NCBI GenBank assembly: GCA_043812915.1
Contig: JBDRLQ010000012.1
Location: forward strand, 24,308-88,307
Origin: Candidatus Micrarchaeota archaeon
GTDB lineage: Archaea > Micrarchaeota > Micrarchaeia > Anstonellales > Bilamarchaeaceae
Length of the DNA: 64,000 nucleotides
Direction of reading: 5' to 3'
Shown here: positions 38,701-46,803 of the stretch, one piece after another
Position numbering within the stretch: position 1 is the stretch's first letter
Layout: each line of letters begins with the position of its first letter
Translations under genes and position numbers: made by a program
The notes under the pieces: generated by a model
Told to the model about the DNA's origin: nothing
Databases searched by the model: none
What the model saw: the letters and a program-made list of their open reading frames with translations, nothing else

Positions 38701-41464
38701 CATCCTCAAGGATTGTTAGCGAGCCGGAAAGGTTGAAGTCCTGCGGCGCCCTTCTAGGGTGGATGTGCGATGGCCGAACAGCCCCGGAGCGCTCGGACAT
38801 GAGCCGCATATACCTGCGCAGCATCTCTCCAAGCGTGCGCGTGTCGAACATGTCCTCACGCATGTCATCAGAGGTGTAGTCAGACGCCTGTGGGTAGCGG
38901 AGCATCATGTCGATTAGCTGGTTGTAATTGTCATTGTTGGCCTCATCGAAGTTCCTTGGCACCTGCTCCATCATGTACATGAACGCGACTCTTCCGCGCC
39001 CCGCGTAATCATACATGCTGGTATTGTGGATCGTGCTGGCTGTCGCGATAATCCTGTTGAGAATGGACACAACGCTGTTGTACGTGTCCGAATATTCGAT
39101 TGAGAGCGGAATCGCGTAAATCATGAATCCGACATGGCCCCCCCTTCCGCTAGTCCTTATGAACAGCTCCACTTCATCAAGGATATATCTCATCCTCTCC
39201 TGCTCGGTGGCATCCCTCTCAAGCGCGGTTGAGTCGCTGCCTTCCTCCTGCTCAAGCATTGTGAGGCCCGTCTCATCCCTTATCGCGGGGAATGCGACAG
39301 CGCAGAAAGCGTACTGCGCAAGAAGGTCCATATTGTCAAGCATGTCGAGATAGAGTGAGCCGCCAAGATTCGCCTCCGCTTCCGCAAGGTCATCTTCAGA
39401 ATCCTCCAGGGAGGCTATCGCGTCTTCAACATCGAGCACCTCATCATCCCCAAGCGCGCGCTCGGGTCCGGTTATGAACGCCACATACTCGTCCCGTGCC
39501 CTCTGGAAATCGGAACTTTCCCTGATTGTCCTGTGCAGTTCGGCAAGCTTCCCGATTCCGCGCAGTCTGCCCATGCGCCTGCGGCCTTCCTCATCAAATA
39601 GGCTGTGCCTTCCGATTCTGAGACTCTCAATAACATCCCAGTCATATCCGAATACTGTTTCTGTAAGAATGTCCGCAATCGCGACCCTCGCGCGCAGCTC
39701 CCCCACTTCCTCGTCCCGGTCCGCCTCGCCCAGCGAGCGGACTGATGATGGCAATAGATTTTCTGCAAGGTCGGCTCCGGCCTGCCCGCCTTCAGGGATG
39801 GAAACTGCCCTTGGCAGCCTCCTTCTTCTTGCGGCCGCTGCGCGCTCAGCGACAACCGCGCTGAATGCCGCCTGCATCGCCTCCGTCCAGACCCCTTCAT
39901 CCCTTCTGCCGGATGTGATGATGTAGGCTGAGAACGCGTCCGCGCTCTCCTGCAGCTGGTCCATGTAATTATCGAACCTGAACCGCCCGTGAGAGACATA
40001 AGAGTTCATGACATCCATTATCATTCCGAACCTTGGCAGGTGCTCACCGCTAGGAAGCGGAAGCCTTGGGAAATATTCCCTGAAGAATGCCCTCACTTCC
40101 CCCAGGTCCTCGGAATTCACCCTTTCCCATGCGGAAAGCGTCTCTGCTGCCCATCTCTGGAAAGCGACCTGCTCAGCTACCGGGAGGCGCTCGAAATAGC
40201 GCTGGTACCTGTCCAGCTCGCTCCTGTCCACACGGCTAGTTCCAGGGTTCAGGAGGGTATCGATGTTCAGCAGCGCGGAGAACGCGTCGCTAAAGACCCT
40301 CTTGTGCCTTCTGACCATTCTCTGCTGCTCCTCTTCATCCACTTCCGGAGGCGCGGCCCTTTCCTCTATGCGCTCCACAAAGCTCCTTCCGAACATCAGT
40401 TCGAGCTGGCGAATCTGGTCTGCGTCCCTGCTCTCTCCGCTGAAGGCCGAATAAATGGTCGCGATATCCCCGACCATAGCTGAAATATTATATCCAAGGG
40501 CCTCACGCAGCTGGTTCACCCTTTCATATGCCGCCCGCTCAACATCAGGAGCCGCACCATCAGGGCTTTCCTCATGGTCCTCGACATACTCAATCATCTC
40601 CTCCACGCTATGTCCAGCCAATCCAAGCGCGGCCCTGTGCGTCATGAAAAGCGCCACGAATTCCTCCCCATGCTGCTGCACGAGCTGCGCCCTGACTTCA
40701 TCCGTCACCTCCCCTTCTCCTGCCCGCTGATAGCAGTCATGGAGGGCGACCCCAACCCTGGAAGTGGAGCGCGAATATGCCTGCTCCATCTCGCGGGCCT
40801 CATCACTATCCCGAAGGACATGCTGGAATGCCCGCGCGAATGAGCTTGAATAGAATATGTTCTCCCGGACAGACTGCCCGAGATATTCTCTTGAAAATGA
40901 TTCTTCGAACCTTCTTCGGTCGTCGGCATCTCCACTGAGCATGAAATCCCTGAGCGCCTCAACAGCCTGCATTGCAGAGCCTCTTAGGAGCTGGATGTCC
41001 TGCACCAGCAGCGTATAATCCATCTCCCCTTCATTCTCGGCCCAAGCGGTCATGAAAGCGTCTTCCCTTGTGGAGGCTCCTTCCGAATCCACACGGATTA
41101 GCGCCGCAACTTCCCTGTCAAGGGATGGATTGAATCCTTCCTCTGCAGAATGCGAGCGCAGCAGGCCAAGGAACGTTTCCATGGCTTCGGTGCTTCCCTC
41201 CCTCATGAAGCTTCTGAGGGCTTCTGCGGCCTCCCTTGCATGCGCGTTTGTATCTTCCTGGATTTCGCCGCCGTCCGGGACCGGTCCGGCGTCCTGCGCA
41301 CGCGCTATCTTGTCAACGGTGCCTGCCGCACAAAAAGTAGCCGCCGTCAGAATGTAGCTGACTGCTCTCTTCAACCTGCTTCTTTTCGGCCTTTCCCCCA
41401 TGGCCTTTGCCCGGGGCTCATTATCGCTAGGCTTTAAGCGCGACGGTCCTCCACCCATGTACAT
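35726..41464 (-). CDS. Giant orphan protein (1912 aa): signal peptide, helical N-half, beta-barrel-like C-half
   Basis: Uninterrupted ORF; paralogous to 42026-46798; ends VFEWEF. Confidence 0.8.
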   Translation of the reverse strand: MYMGGGPSRLKPSDNEPRAKAMGERPKRSRLKRAVSYILTAATFCAAGTVDKIARAQDAGPVPDGGEIQEDTNAHAREAAEALRSFMREGSTEAMETFLGLLRSHSAEEGFNPSLDREVAALIRVDSEGASTREDAFMTAWAENEGEMDYTLLVQDIQLLRGSAMQAVEALRDFMLSGDADDRRRFEESFSREYLGQSVRENIFYSSSFARAFQHVLRDSDEAREMEQAYSRSTSRVGVALHDCYQRAGEGEVTDEVRAQLVQQHGEEFVALFMTHRAALGLAGHSVEEMIEYVEDHEESPDGAAPDVERAAYERVNQLREALGYNISAMVGDIATIYSAFSGESRDADQIRQLELMFGRSFVERIEERAAPPEVDEEEQQRMVRRHKRVFSDAFSALLNIDTLLNPGTSRVDRSELDRYQRYFERLPVAEQVAFQRWAAETLSAWERVNSEDLGEVRAFFREYFPRLPLPSGEHLPRFGMIMDVMNSYVSHGRFRFDNYMDQLQESADAFSAYIITSGRRDEGVWTEAMQAAFSAVVAERAAAARRRRLPRAVSIPEGGQAGADLAENLLPSSVRSLGEADRDEEVGELRARVAIADILTETVFGYDWDVIESLRIGRHSLFDEEGRRRMGRLRGIGKLAELHRTIRESSDFQRARDEYVAFITGPERALGDDEVLDVEDAIASLEDSEDDLAEAEANLGGSLYLDMLDNMDLLAQYAFCAVAFPAIRDETGLTMLEQEEGSDSTALERDATEQERMRYILDEVELFIRTSGRGGHVGFMIYAIPLSIEYSDTYNSVVSILNRIIATASTIHNTSMYDYAGRGRVAFMYMMEQVPRNFDEANNDNYNQLIDMMLRYPQASDYTSDDMREDMFDTRTLGEMLRRYMRLMSERSGAVRPSHIHPRRAPQDFNLSGSLTILEDDIRVRAGFDYGSLLSGMSMLDDEEREQTIQEMLLGSSDTDLTRSWRQNVDMHEEFLAFFRPSSVSLVPERSYRVISMIPMSISSLLRRLSSVEGVDRLIYPIDIRQAGGYMGVGVDHASFEQVSGGSEGDRQMRQGSGRGRAELNAAVWGPRQEGRLEADLQYNTAEDLETMSESETWAATQEIFIEDMPYFDEDLATGRSRFSATESFRTDRSETPYRRLAEVTDIRLTEVLDWYARRSDTDGALYITGLERAESSGSETDGEWQEESEGSHDWRVHSYAKIENRWYRVGYIDVSDDQLQRAFIAMQVPERWRDFGEARVLFGDEARREQTPGELEREVEVSTSTELEGMLVGMNISNLLGLNSPAVTLANIENFGRAIDELETDLPEDESAALMVRRMEEYANGISLLFRDHRPLGGFVRTVGYVVATARRYRTTSVYEPVGDGSATEEEQPDDWTGGGGAIVQMSGPREDDQRVIEAALAVGQDIVDTAIRQVEVQYTDTDGALQTEWRDYGEDLAEGEEILSERRIYRERQEQLGLTLGWRSANFGVRRLHMLALANTEAFEDVRGLVGFSHSNSADEDADGHVSTFGMVGGQYEPYYEDHELQAIFGIRAGNTRVQLSGMYSQTELITRIEEINSRLEGAYREIAELRTGSSLPADLGEGVSRSEEITRLEREIEVYSALRTALGIMGAQKFFGTAQWTQEFGDRTRAALEALYGGFDDHNLLINGWVEVDEAFALSYNMTALPFGSAGGRVVVPVRELTIAATAGGYWMDDEEGENIYGGLLWTRQDERFGIGGILGGGQRTSTFTPIEDEEVTDEEEIDEEGATLAVDRHRVEGMILGWHPVRSARMQHYIVLTWEEGSNVWQANVVPASDITTWRFAAGTMVTWIDRRGSSWRARADIIYRHMEELRSGTGVDQIFERDTVAVQGGVEVSPRRDLRFMFNLYIHNTDDTYGGLTEWNDVTSESAERRMGRIRVGGMCVFEWEF

Positions 41465-41573
41465 TATTTGGCTGTAAAGGTTAATAAATGGGTGTCACTG
41501 ATTACCTCTAACTAACATTCACCCATGAATGTGCTTTTTAAGCTTTCTGTGGGATGGATTTCCTGGTGCAAAC

Positions 41574-42023
41574 ATGGTCGAATTCAAGAAGATGTTCTTG
41601 CAGAGGGTCGAGGCGCAGAGAGACAGCCAGAACGTGGCAAACACTATGGATGTCGCGGTGGATATCCCCAAGCTGAAGAAGGTCAGGGAAGGCATCGAAG
41701 CGACATATTCATACACGACGCAGTACGGCCCGAGAGTGGGCTACCTGAAGATGAGCGGAACCCTTATAATCTCAGATACTGACGCCAACCTCGATAGGAT
41801 AATGGAGCGGTGGCAGAAGCAGAGGACTGTCGATGACATGCTCGCAAGGCAGATGGCAAGCCTGATTACGTACGTATCTTCCGTAAACGGGGTGCTTGTT
41901 GCCAAAGCGCTCAATTTCAATCCGCCGGTGATGCCTCCTGACCTGAAAATAGAAGGCGCCCCGCGCCCGAATGCCGCAAAGGAGGCAAAGGCGACAAAGG
42001 GCAAAAAGAAAAAGAAAAGATAA
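41574..42023 (+). CDS. Conserved-looking archaeal hypothetical protein
   Basis: 149 aa, beta-strands then helix and PPVMPP, Lys-rich tail; opposite strand to its neighbours. Confidence 0.7.
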   Translation: MVEFKKMFLQRVEAQRDSQNVANTMDVAVDIPKLKKVREGIEATYSYTTQYGPRVGYLKMSGTLIISDTDANLDRIMERWQKQRTVDDMLARQMASLITYVSSVNGVLVAKALNFNPPVMPPDLKIEGAPRPNAAKEAKATKGKKKKKR

Positions 42024-42025
42024 AC

Positions 42026-45000
42026 CTAGAATTCCCCTCCAAGCCTGAGCTGGAGAGTTCCGAATCCTTGTGGCCTTGTCAAATCATGGCCGTATGAGAA
42101 GTCCACGTAAGGCCTTATCAGCGCGCCCCAGGCGCTTTCGCTCCTGTACCGCAGATCGATGGCCGCCTCATCCCTCCAGTCCCCTTCAATTCCTTCATGG
42201 TGGGTATACCCGATTGTGGTCTCCAGGGTCCTGCGCGGGTCTCTTCTGCTTAGCCCGAGCTGCAAATCAAGCTGCCACGCTTCCTGCTCGCCTGCAAAGA
42301 GCTCGGCCAAAACCGATGCGCCTGCAACCAGCGTGGTCACCGTCTCATCAGATGAATCGCCGGAGAGCCTTACCCTGGTCCCAAGCATCCCTGTTATCAC
42401 TGTCGCCCTTGGGACCTCCTCATCAGTCTCTTCTACAACTTCAGGCTCTGGTTCGGGCTCCGCATCGATATCGGTGACTTCATCAATTTCCTCCACCTCT
42501 TGAGCATCCCCTAATTGGGCGTCATATTCCCCTGAGCCGACCGCAAATACGGTCACTCTCCCATCGCCCAGCCTCAGCCTGAGGCCTCCATGCATTCCGT
42601 ATCCTCCGGAGAATGTCGTTCCGCCCCCGAAGGCAAGGTCCACGTTTCCGATTGTGAGGTGCCCGTTGGCAGCGCCCCCGCGCAGCCCGAGCCAGTAGGC
42701 CTCAAGGTCCCCGCTCACAAATCTGTCGTCGTCTGTTTCGAAGCGCATGCCGACAATGGGGATTATTTCCTGGTCTCTCTGGTACACTATCCCCAGCCCT
42801 TCAAGGGAGTCGAGAACAACCTCGCCCTGGGGGGTCCACCTTATCCTCATCGCTCCTGCTGCTCTCTGCCCTTCCTCCATGTCCACGCCGCCCGTGGAGC
42901 CAAGGGCCATCCTCAGCACACCTATGCCAGAGCGCTCGACATCGATATCCTCAGCATCCTCTTCCTCATCAGTTTCCAGCGTGCGCTCATAGCCGCCGAT
43001 TATTTCAGCGACAACCGTGCTCGGAACAATATTATAGATGCCTCCTGCGGAGAAGCGCACAGTGTTGGTCCCGTCCTCAAACAATAATGATGCGACAATC
43101 GCGTCCGTCACTTCCCTTCTTACCCAGTATCCTGAGAACGCGAGCCTCTCAAGGGCTTCCGGATTGGTCGGCACAACAGAGCCAGCGTGTCCGACACCCC
43201 AGCCATAGCTGTCCTGCACCACCCTTGCCAGTGCTCCCCATCCGCCGCCGATAAGGTCGTGGCCCTCCTCTGTCTGCTCAAGCAGGAAGTCCCCGAACGC
43301 GCGAACGCTGTACCTTCTTGCCCTCAGCACCCATCCTTCAACCTGGATGTGGTCTCCGATTACCTCATCCCCTGTTGCAAGCCCCGCCTCATCCGGCATC
43401 ATCTCCTCAATGCCGAGGCCGCTCATGTAAACCCTTCCGATTGCGAACCATCGATCTTCAGGCCTTAGCGCGCCCGCCTGCACCATTCCCCGTCCGCCTC
43501 TTGTCCCTTCTACCTGGGCCCCAAGGACCCCGCGGGTTTCCTGGCCAATCTCGCCCCAGGCCCCCATTCCCTGCAGCGCGCTCACCGCGCTATCCTCGCT
43601 TCCGAAGAACAGGACGCAGTTGTCAAGGCCCACCTGCCCGCGCCCCCCGGTGTACGTGATTTCTGAATATTCCCTGCGGACTATGTCCGCCTCATCTTCG
43701 GAAAACACATGCGCATACAGCGTTTCCGCTTCATCCGGTGTCAGTTCAAGATAATCGCCGCGGATGAGCACTCCGCCGGCCATGGTATATAGCTGCGCCC
43801 TCATGCTTCCATCGTCTTCCCTCTGGAAATAAATCGACGCGGTGGTTCCGCGCGGGGCAATCATGCTCAGCGCAATCTCCTCAGCGTCAGTGACGTCGGT
43901 GTCCTCGCTTCCGTCATCAAGCTCCTGCCTGACCACGTCCACATCTACATCAGCATCCCAGTTGAAGAGCACCCTCTCGTTCCCGATGTCCTGCCCTTCG
44001 CTCTGCAGCCTGTACTGCTGCAGCGCCTCGCTTCCTCGCGCGCTCAGTTCGGTCCACACTGTCGGCCCGAACCCTTCCCACCTGTCTGAAATTGCCACTC
44101 CTCCAAGCCAGCTATCATCCGTGTAGCTGTAATCCCCGCCGATGGTGTTTTCCCATTCGAACATCGGACCGATTTCCGGAAGCCTGTCAGGCGCCAGGGC
44201 GCGCAGGTTCTCAAGAGTCACCGGAATCCTGATGTACGGGTTCGGCCTGTGCACCACGGCCTCGATAATCCTTCCCTCGAAATACCTCTGCTCTGTCGCG
44301 ATTACTGATGGAGCCCTCGCTGGCGAATCCCTGATGTCCGGGGGGAGCATCTCCCTTACTGTCGGCGGAATCTCGATTGTCCCATCCTGTCTCCAAGCGG
44401 TGTATACGTGAATCGGAATCTGGAAGAGCACCTGCCCGCTCGGGTTCATCACCGTGGCATACTCCTCATTCTCAGATGGCATCTGTATCCTGACATCCAT
44501 CGATTCCTCTCCTTCGACCCTGGTCTCCATTATGAGCGAGCGCGAGGTAATCCTCATAAGCTCCCTGAGCCTCTCTGGCAGTGTCGCGTACCATGATTCC
44601 AGGCCTCCGTAATCCCCCGCCCGGACAAAAGCGCTCTCGAAGGTCATGATGAAATTTATCACGGTCTCAACCTGCTGCGGCTCAAGCTGCTCAACCAGTT
44701 CGCGCCCTGCCTGCCTGAGCAGGTAAGGGGTGTACGCCGGAGAGTGGTTCTCGAGCCCCCTTATTATTACCGCGAGGGAGAGCAGGTGCTCGTCCGTAAT
44801 CCTCTCAAGGTCCCCGCCCGAAACCTGGCGCGCGATGCGGATAAGCTCATACTGCGCCGGAAGCGACAATCCAGAGAAGATATCAGCGACATCCCCTCCA
44901 TCAACTGTTGTCGGCTCCCCAATTGGCCTTTCAATCTCAAGCGGCCTTTCGGTGAACATTGTCAGGAATTCCAGCCTGCTCTGCATGAACAGCCGGTCTC

Positions 45001-46798
45001 CGAGCAGCCTCCTGTGCGCCTCAACCGCGACATGGTAAGGGCGCTCTTCATCAACCTCGTCACCAACAAAGTCAATGTGCCACTGCGAGTAGAACTGCAG
45101 TGAGAGCCTCTCTAGCAAGTCGTCCCTGATTTCCGGAATCTGCTGGTTGAGCCTTTCCCTTATCTGCTCGAACGTTTCCTCAAAGAGCCGGAGCCTGTCC
45201 ATGGTCTCGGTCCCGACAAGTTCCTCCCCTTCAGGAGGAATCTCCTCTGAGCCGATGTGCGCCGTCAAGTCAAGGTATCCTTCCATAAGCGTTGCCGCCC
45301 GCGGCCCGATGAAATTGAGCAATTCGGTCATTGCCTGGAACCTCTCAGGCCCGCCAATCCTTGAATCGAATATTGCGGTGTAGATTCCTCCGAATCTTCC
45401 GCGCCTCCTTTCAATGCGCTCGATAAGCGTCTCCGCCCGCGAGAACCACATCGGGCTCAACGTGTGCGTAAATCTCCTCTGACCAAGATAGAGCACCATG
45501 AAATTCCTGGCGTCTGCTATCGCGCTTCTCATGTCGCTTATCAGGTTGGATACCGAGCCGATGTCTTCCCTCACCCTCAGTATCTCATCCCTGCTATCCA
45601 GAATCTGCCTGTCGTTGTAATCACTCATCCCCTGCAGGCGCTCCCTGTACTCTGAATACTCCTCCATTAGTTCTGCGATGATAGGAATTGAGCTTAGCGG
45701 AACCTGCTCCCCATCAGGGTTTTCCATGGTGGTCTCCCTAAGGAATTCCTCTATCTGGTCGACCGAGCCTATGCCGCTCCTCACCCTTCTCCTTGCATCC
45801 TCGATGGTGGCGTCGCGCCTTTCCTCGGCCCTCCTCCCTTCGGCTGGGCGCGGTATGCTCCCGACGACCCGGACGGCATCCACTATGTCCGTGCCGTACC
45901 TTCCGTTGAGCGCGTTTATCTCCTCCACGGTGGGGAAATCCTCACCCTGCAGGGCCTGGAAGATTGCCGGCACATCACGCACAATATCAGAAATATTATA
46001 CACCATGCTCTCCCTGAGCGAGGTGACAGTCGGGTCCCTGCTGCGCTCCCGCAGGTAGGCCATTATCTGCTGTATCGTTCTTCCTTCAAGGTCAACTTCG
46101 CTCCTCAAATCAAGGAAGGCGTCTACGAATTCAGCGCCGTGCTGCAGCCTTAATTGGCGCATCTCCCGCTCATCCATCCCCTCTGCGCCAAGCCTTCTGT
46201 AGCATTCATGTATGGCTCTGGCAATCCTCAATGTCGAGAACCTGTAAGCATCCTCAATCCTGCGGAACTGCACAGCGTCGCTGTCATCATTGTCCCGATC
46301 CCGGAGGAGCAGTATCGAGCCGCCAAAGGCCCTTGCGAAGAATATGTTGTCCCGCAGCAGCCCTGCTCCCCTTACGTCCGGGAAAAGGTCCTCGCCAAGT
46401 GCCTGTGAAACTGCTGTTGCGTCCTCCGCGCTTCCTGTTGTGAGGGCCCTCTGCAGCCTCTCTCCCATCTGGCTCCCGCGTTCGTAGAGCGCCCTGATAT
46501 CGCGGGCAAGGTTGACATAGTTCATGTGCCCGTGGTGCGCATCTTCCCACGCGCTTATGTATCCCTCGTTCTCCTCAACGCTCCTTACCATGGTGCGGAA
46601 CTGCTGTTCGAATTCCACATTGAATGCTGTCATGGTGGCAGCATCCCCGCGGTTGTTGAATATCTGCAGGAACCTTTCCATCGCGGCGCGCTCGCCGGTC
46701 TCCATAAAATCCCGGAAAGCGGAGGCTGCCTGCCCTGCCCGCGCCCTTACTTCTTCAACGTTAAACAATTCCGGCTCAGCTGGTACTGGATCCGCCAT
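42026..46798 (-). CDS. Giant orphan protein (1590 aa): helical N-half, beta-barrel-like C-half, lysine-free
   Basis: Uninterrupted ORF; AGGTGA SD; ends LQLRLGGEF. Confidence 0.8.
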   Translation of the reverse strand: MADPVPAEPELFNVEEVRARAGQAASAFRDFMETGERAAMERFLQIFNNRGDAATMTAFNVEFEQQFRTMVRSVEENEGYISAWEDAHHGHMNYVNLARDIRALYERGSQMGERLQRALTTGSAEDATAVSQALGEDLFPDVRGAGLLRDNIFFARAFGGSILLLRDRDNDDSDAVQFRRIEDAYRFSTLRIARAIHECYRRLGAEGMDEREMRQLRLQHGAEFVDAFLDLRSEVDLEGRTIQQIMAYLRERSRDPTVTSLRESMVYNISDIVRDVPAIFQALQGEDFPTVEEINALNGRYGTDIVDAVRVVGSIPRPAEGRRAEERRDATIEDARRRVRSGIGSVDQIEEFLRETTMENPDGEQVPLSSIPIIAELMEEYSEYRERLQGMSDYNDRQILDSRDEILRVREDIGSVSNLISDMRSAIADARNFMVLYLGQRRFTHTLSPMWFSRAETLIERIERRRGRFGGIYTAIFDSRIGGPERFQAMTELLNFIGPRAATLMEGYLDLTAHIGSEEIPPEGEELVGTETMDRLRLFEETFEQIRERLNQQIPEIRDDLLERLSLQFYSQWHIDFVGDEVDEERPYHVAVEAHRRLLGDRLFMQSRLEFLTMFTERPLEIERPIGEPTTVDGGDVADIFSGLSLPAQYELIRIARQVSGGDLERITDEHLLSLAVIIRGLENHSPAYTPYLLRQAGRELVEQLEPQQVETVINFIMTFESAFVRAGDYGGLESWYATLPERLRELMRITSRSLIMETRVEGEESMDVRIQMPSENEEYATVMNPSGQVLFQIPIHVYTAWRQDGTIEIPPTVREMLPPDIRDSPARAPSVIATEQRYFEGRIIEAVVHRPNPYIRIPVTLENLRALAPDRLPEIGPMFEWENTIGGDYSYTDDSWLGGVAISDRWEGFGPTVWTELSARGSEALQQYRLQSEGQDIGNERVLFNWDADVDVDVVRQELDDGSEDTDVTDAEEIALSMIAPRGTTASIYFQREDDGSMRAQLYTMAGGVLIRGDYLELTPDEAETLYAHVFSEDEADIVRREYSEITYTGGRGQVGLDNCVLFFGSEDSAVSALQGMGAWGEIGQETRGVLGAQVEGTRGGRGMVQAGALRPEDRWFAIGRVYMSGLGIEEMMPDEAGLATGDEVIGDHIQVEGWVLRARRYSVRAFGDFLLEQTEEGHDLIGGGWGALARVVQDSYGWGVGHAGSVVPTNPEALERLAFSGYWVRREVTDAIVASLLFEDGTNTVRFSAGGIYNIVPSTVVAEIIGGYERTLETDEEEDAEDIDVERSGIGVLRMALGSTGGVDMEEGQRAAGAMRIRWTPQGEVVLDSLEGLGIVYQRDQEIIPIVGMRFETDDDRFVSGDLEAYWLGLRGGAANGHLTIGNVDLAFGGGTTFSGGYGMHGGLRLRLGDGRVTVFAVGSGEYDAQLGDAQEVEEIDEVTDIDAEPEPEPEVVEETDEEVPRATVITGMLGTRVRLSGDSSDETVTTLVAGASVLAELFAGEQEAWQLDLQLGLSRRDPRRTLETTIGYTHHEGIEGDWRDEAAIDLRYRSESAWGALIRPYVDFSYGHDLTRPQGFGTLQLRLGGEF

Positions 46799-46803
46799 TC
46801 AAA

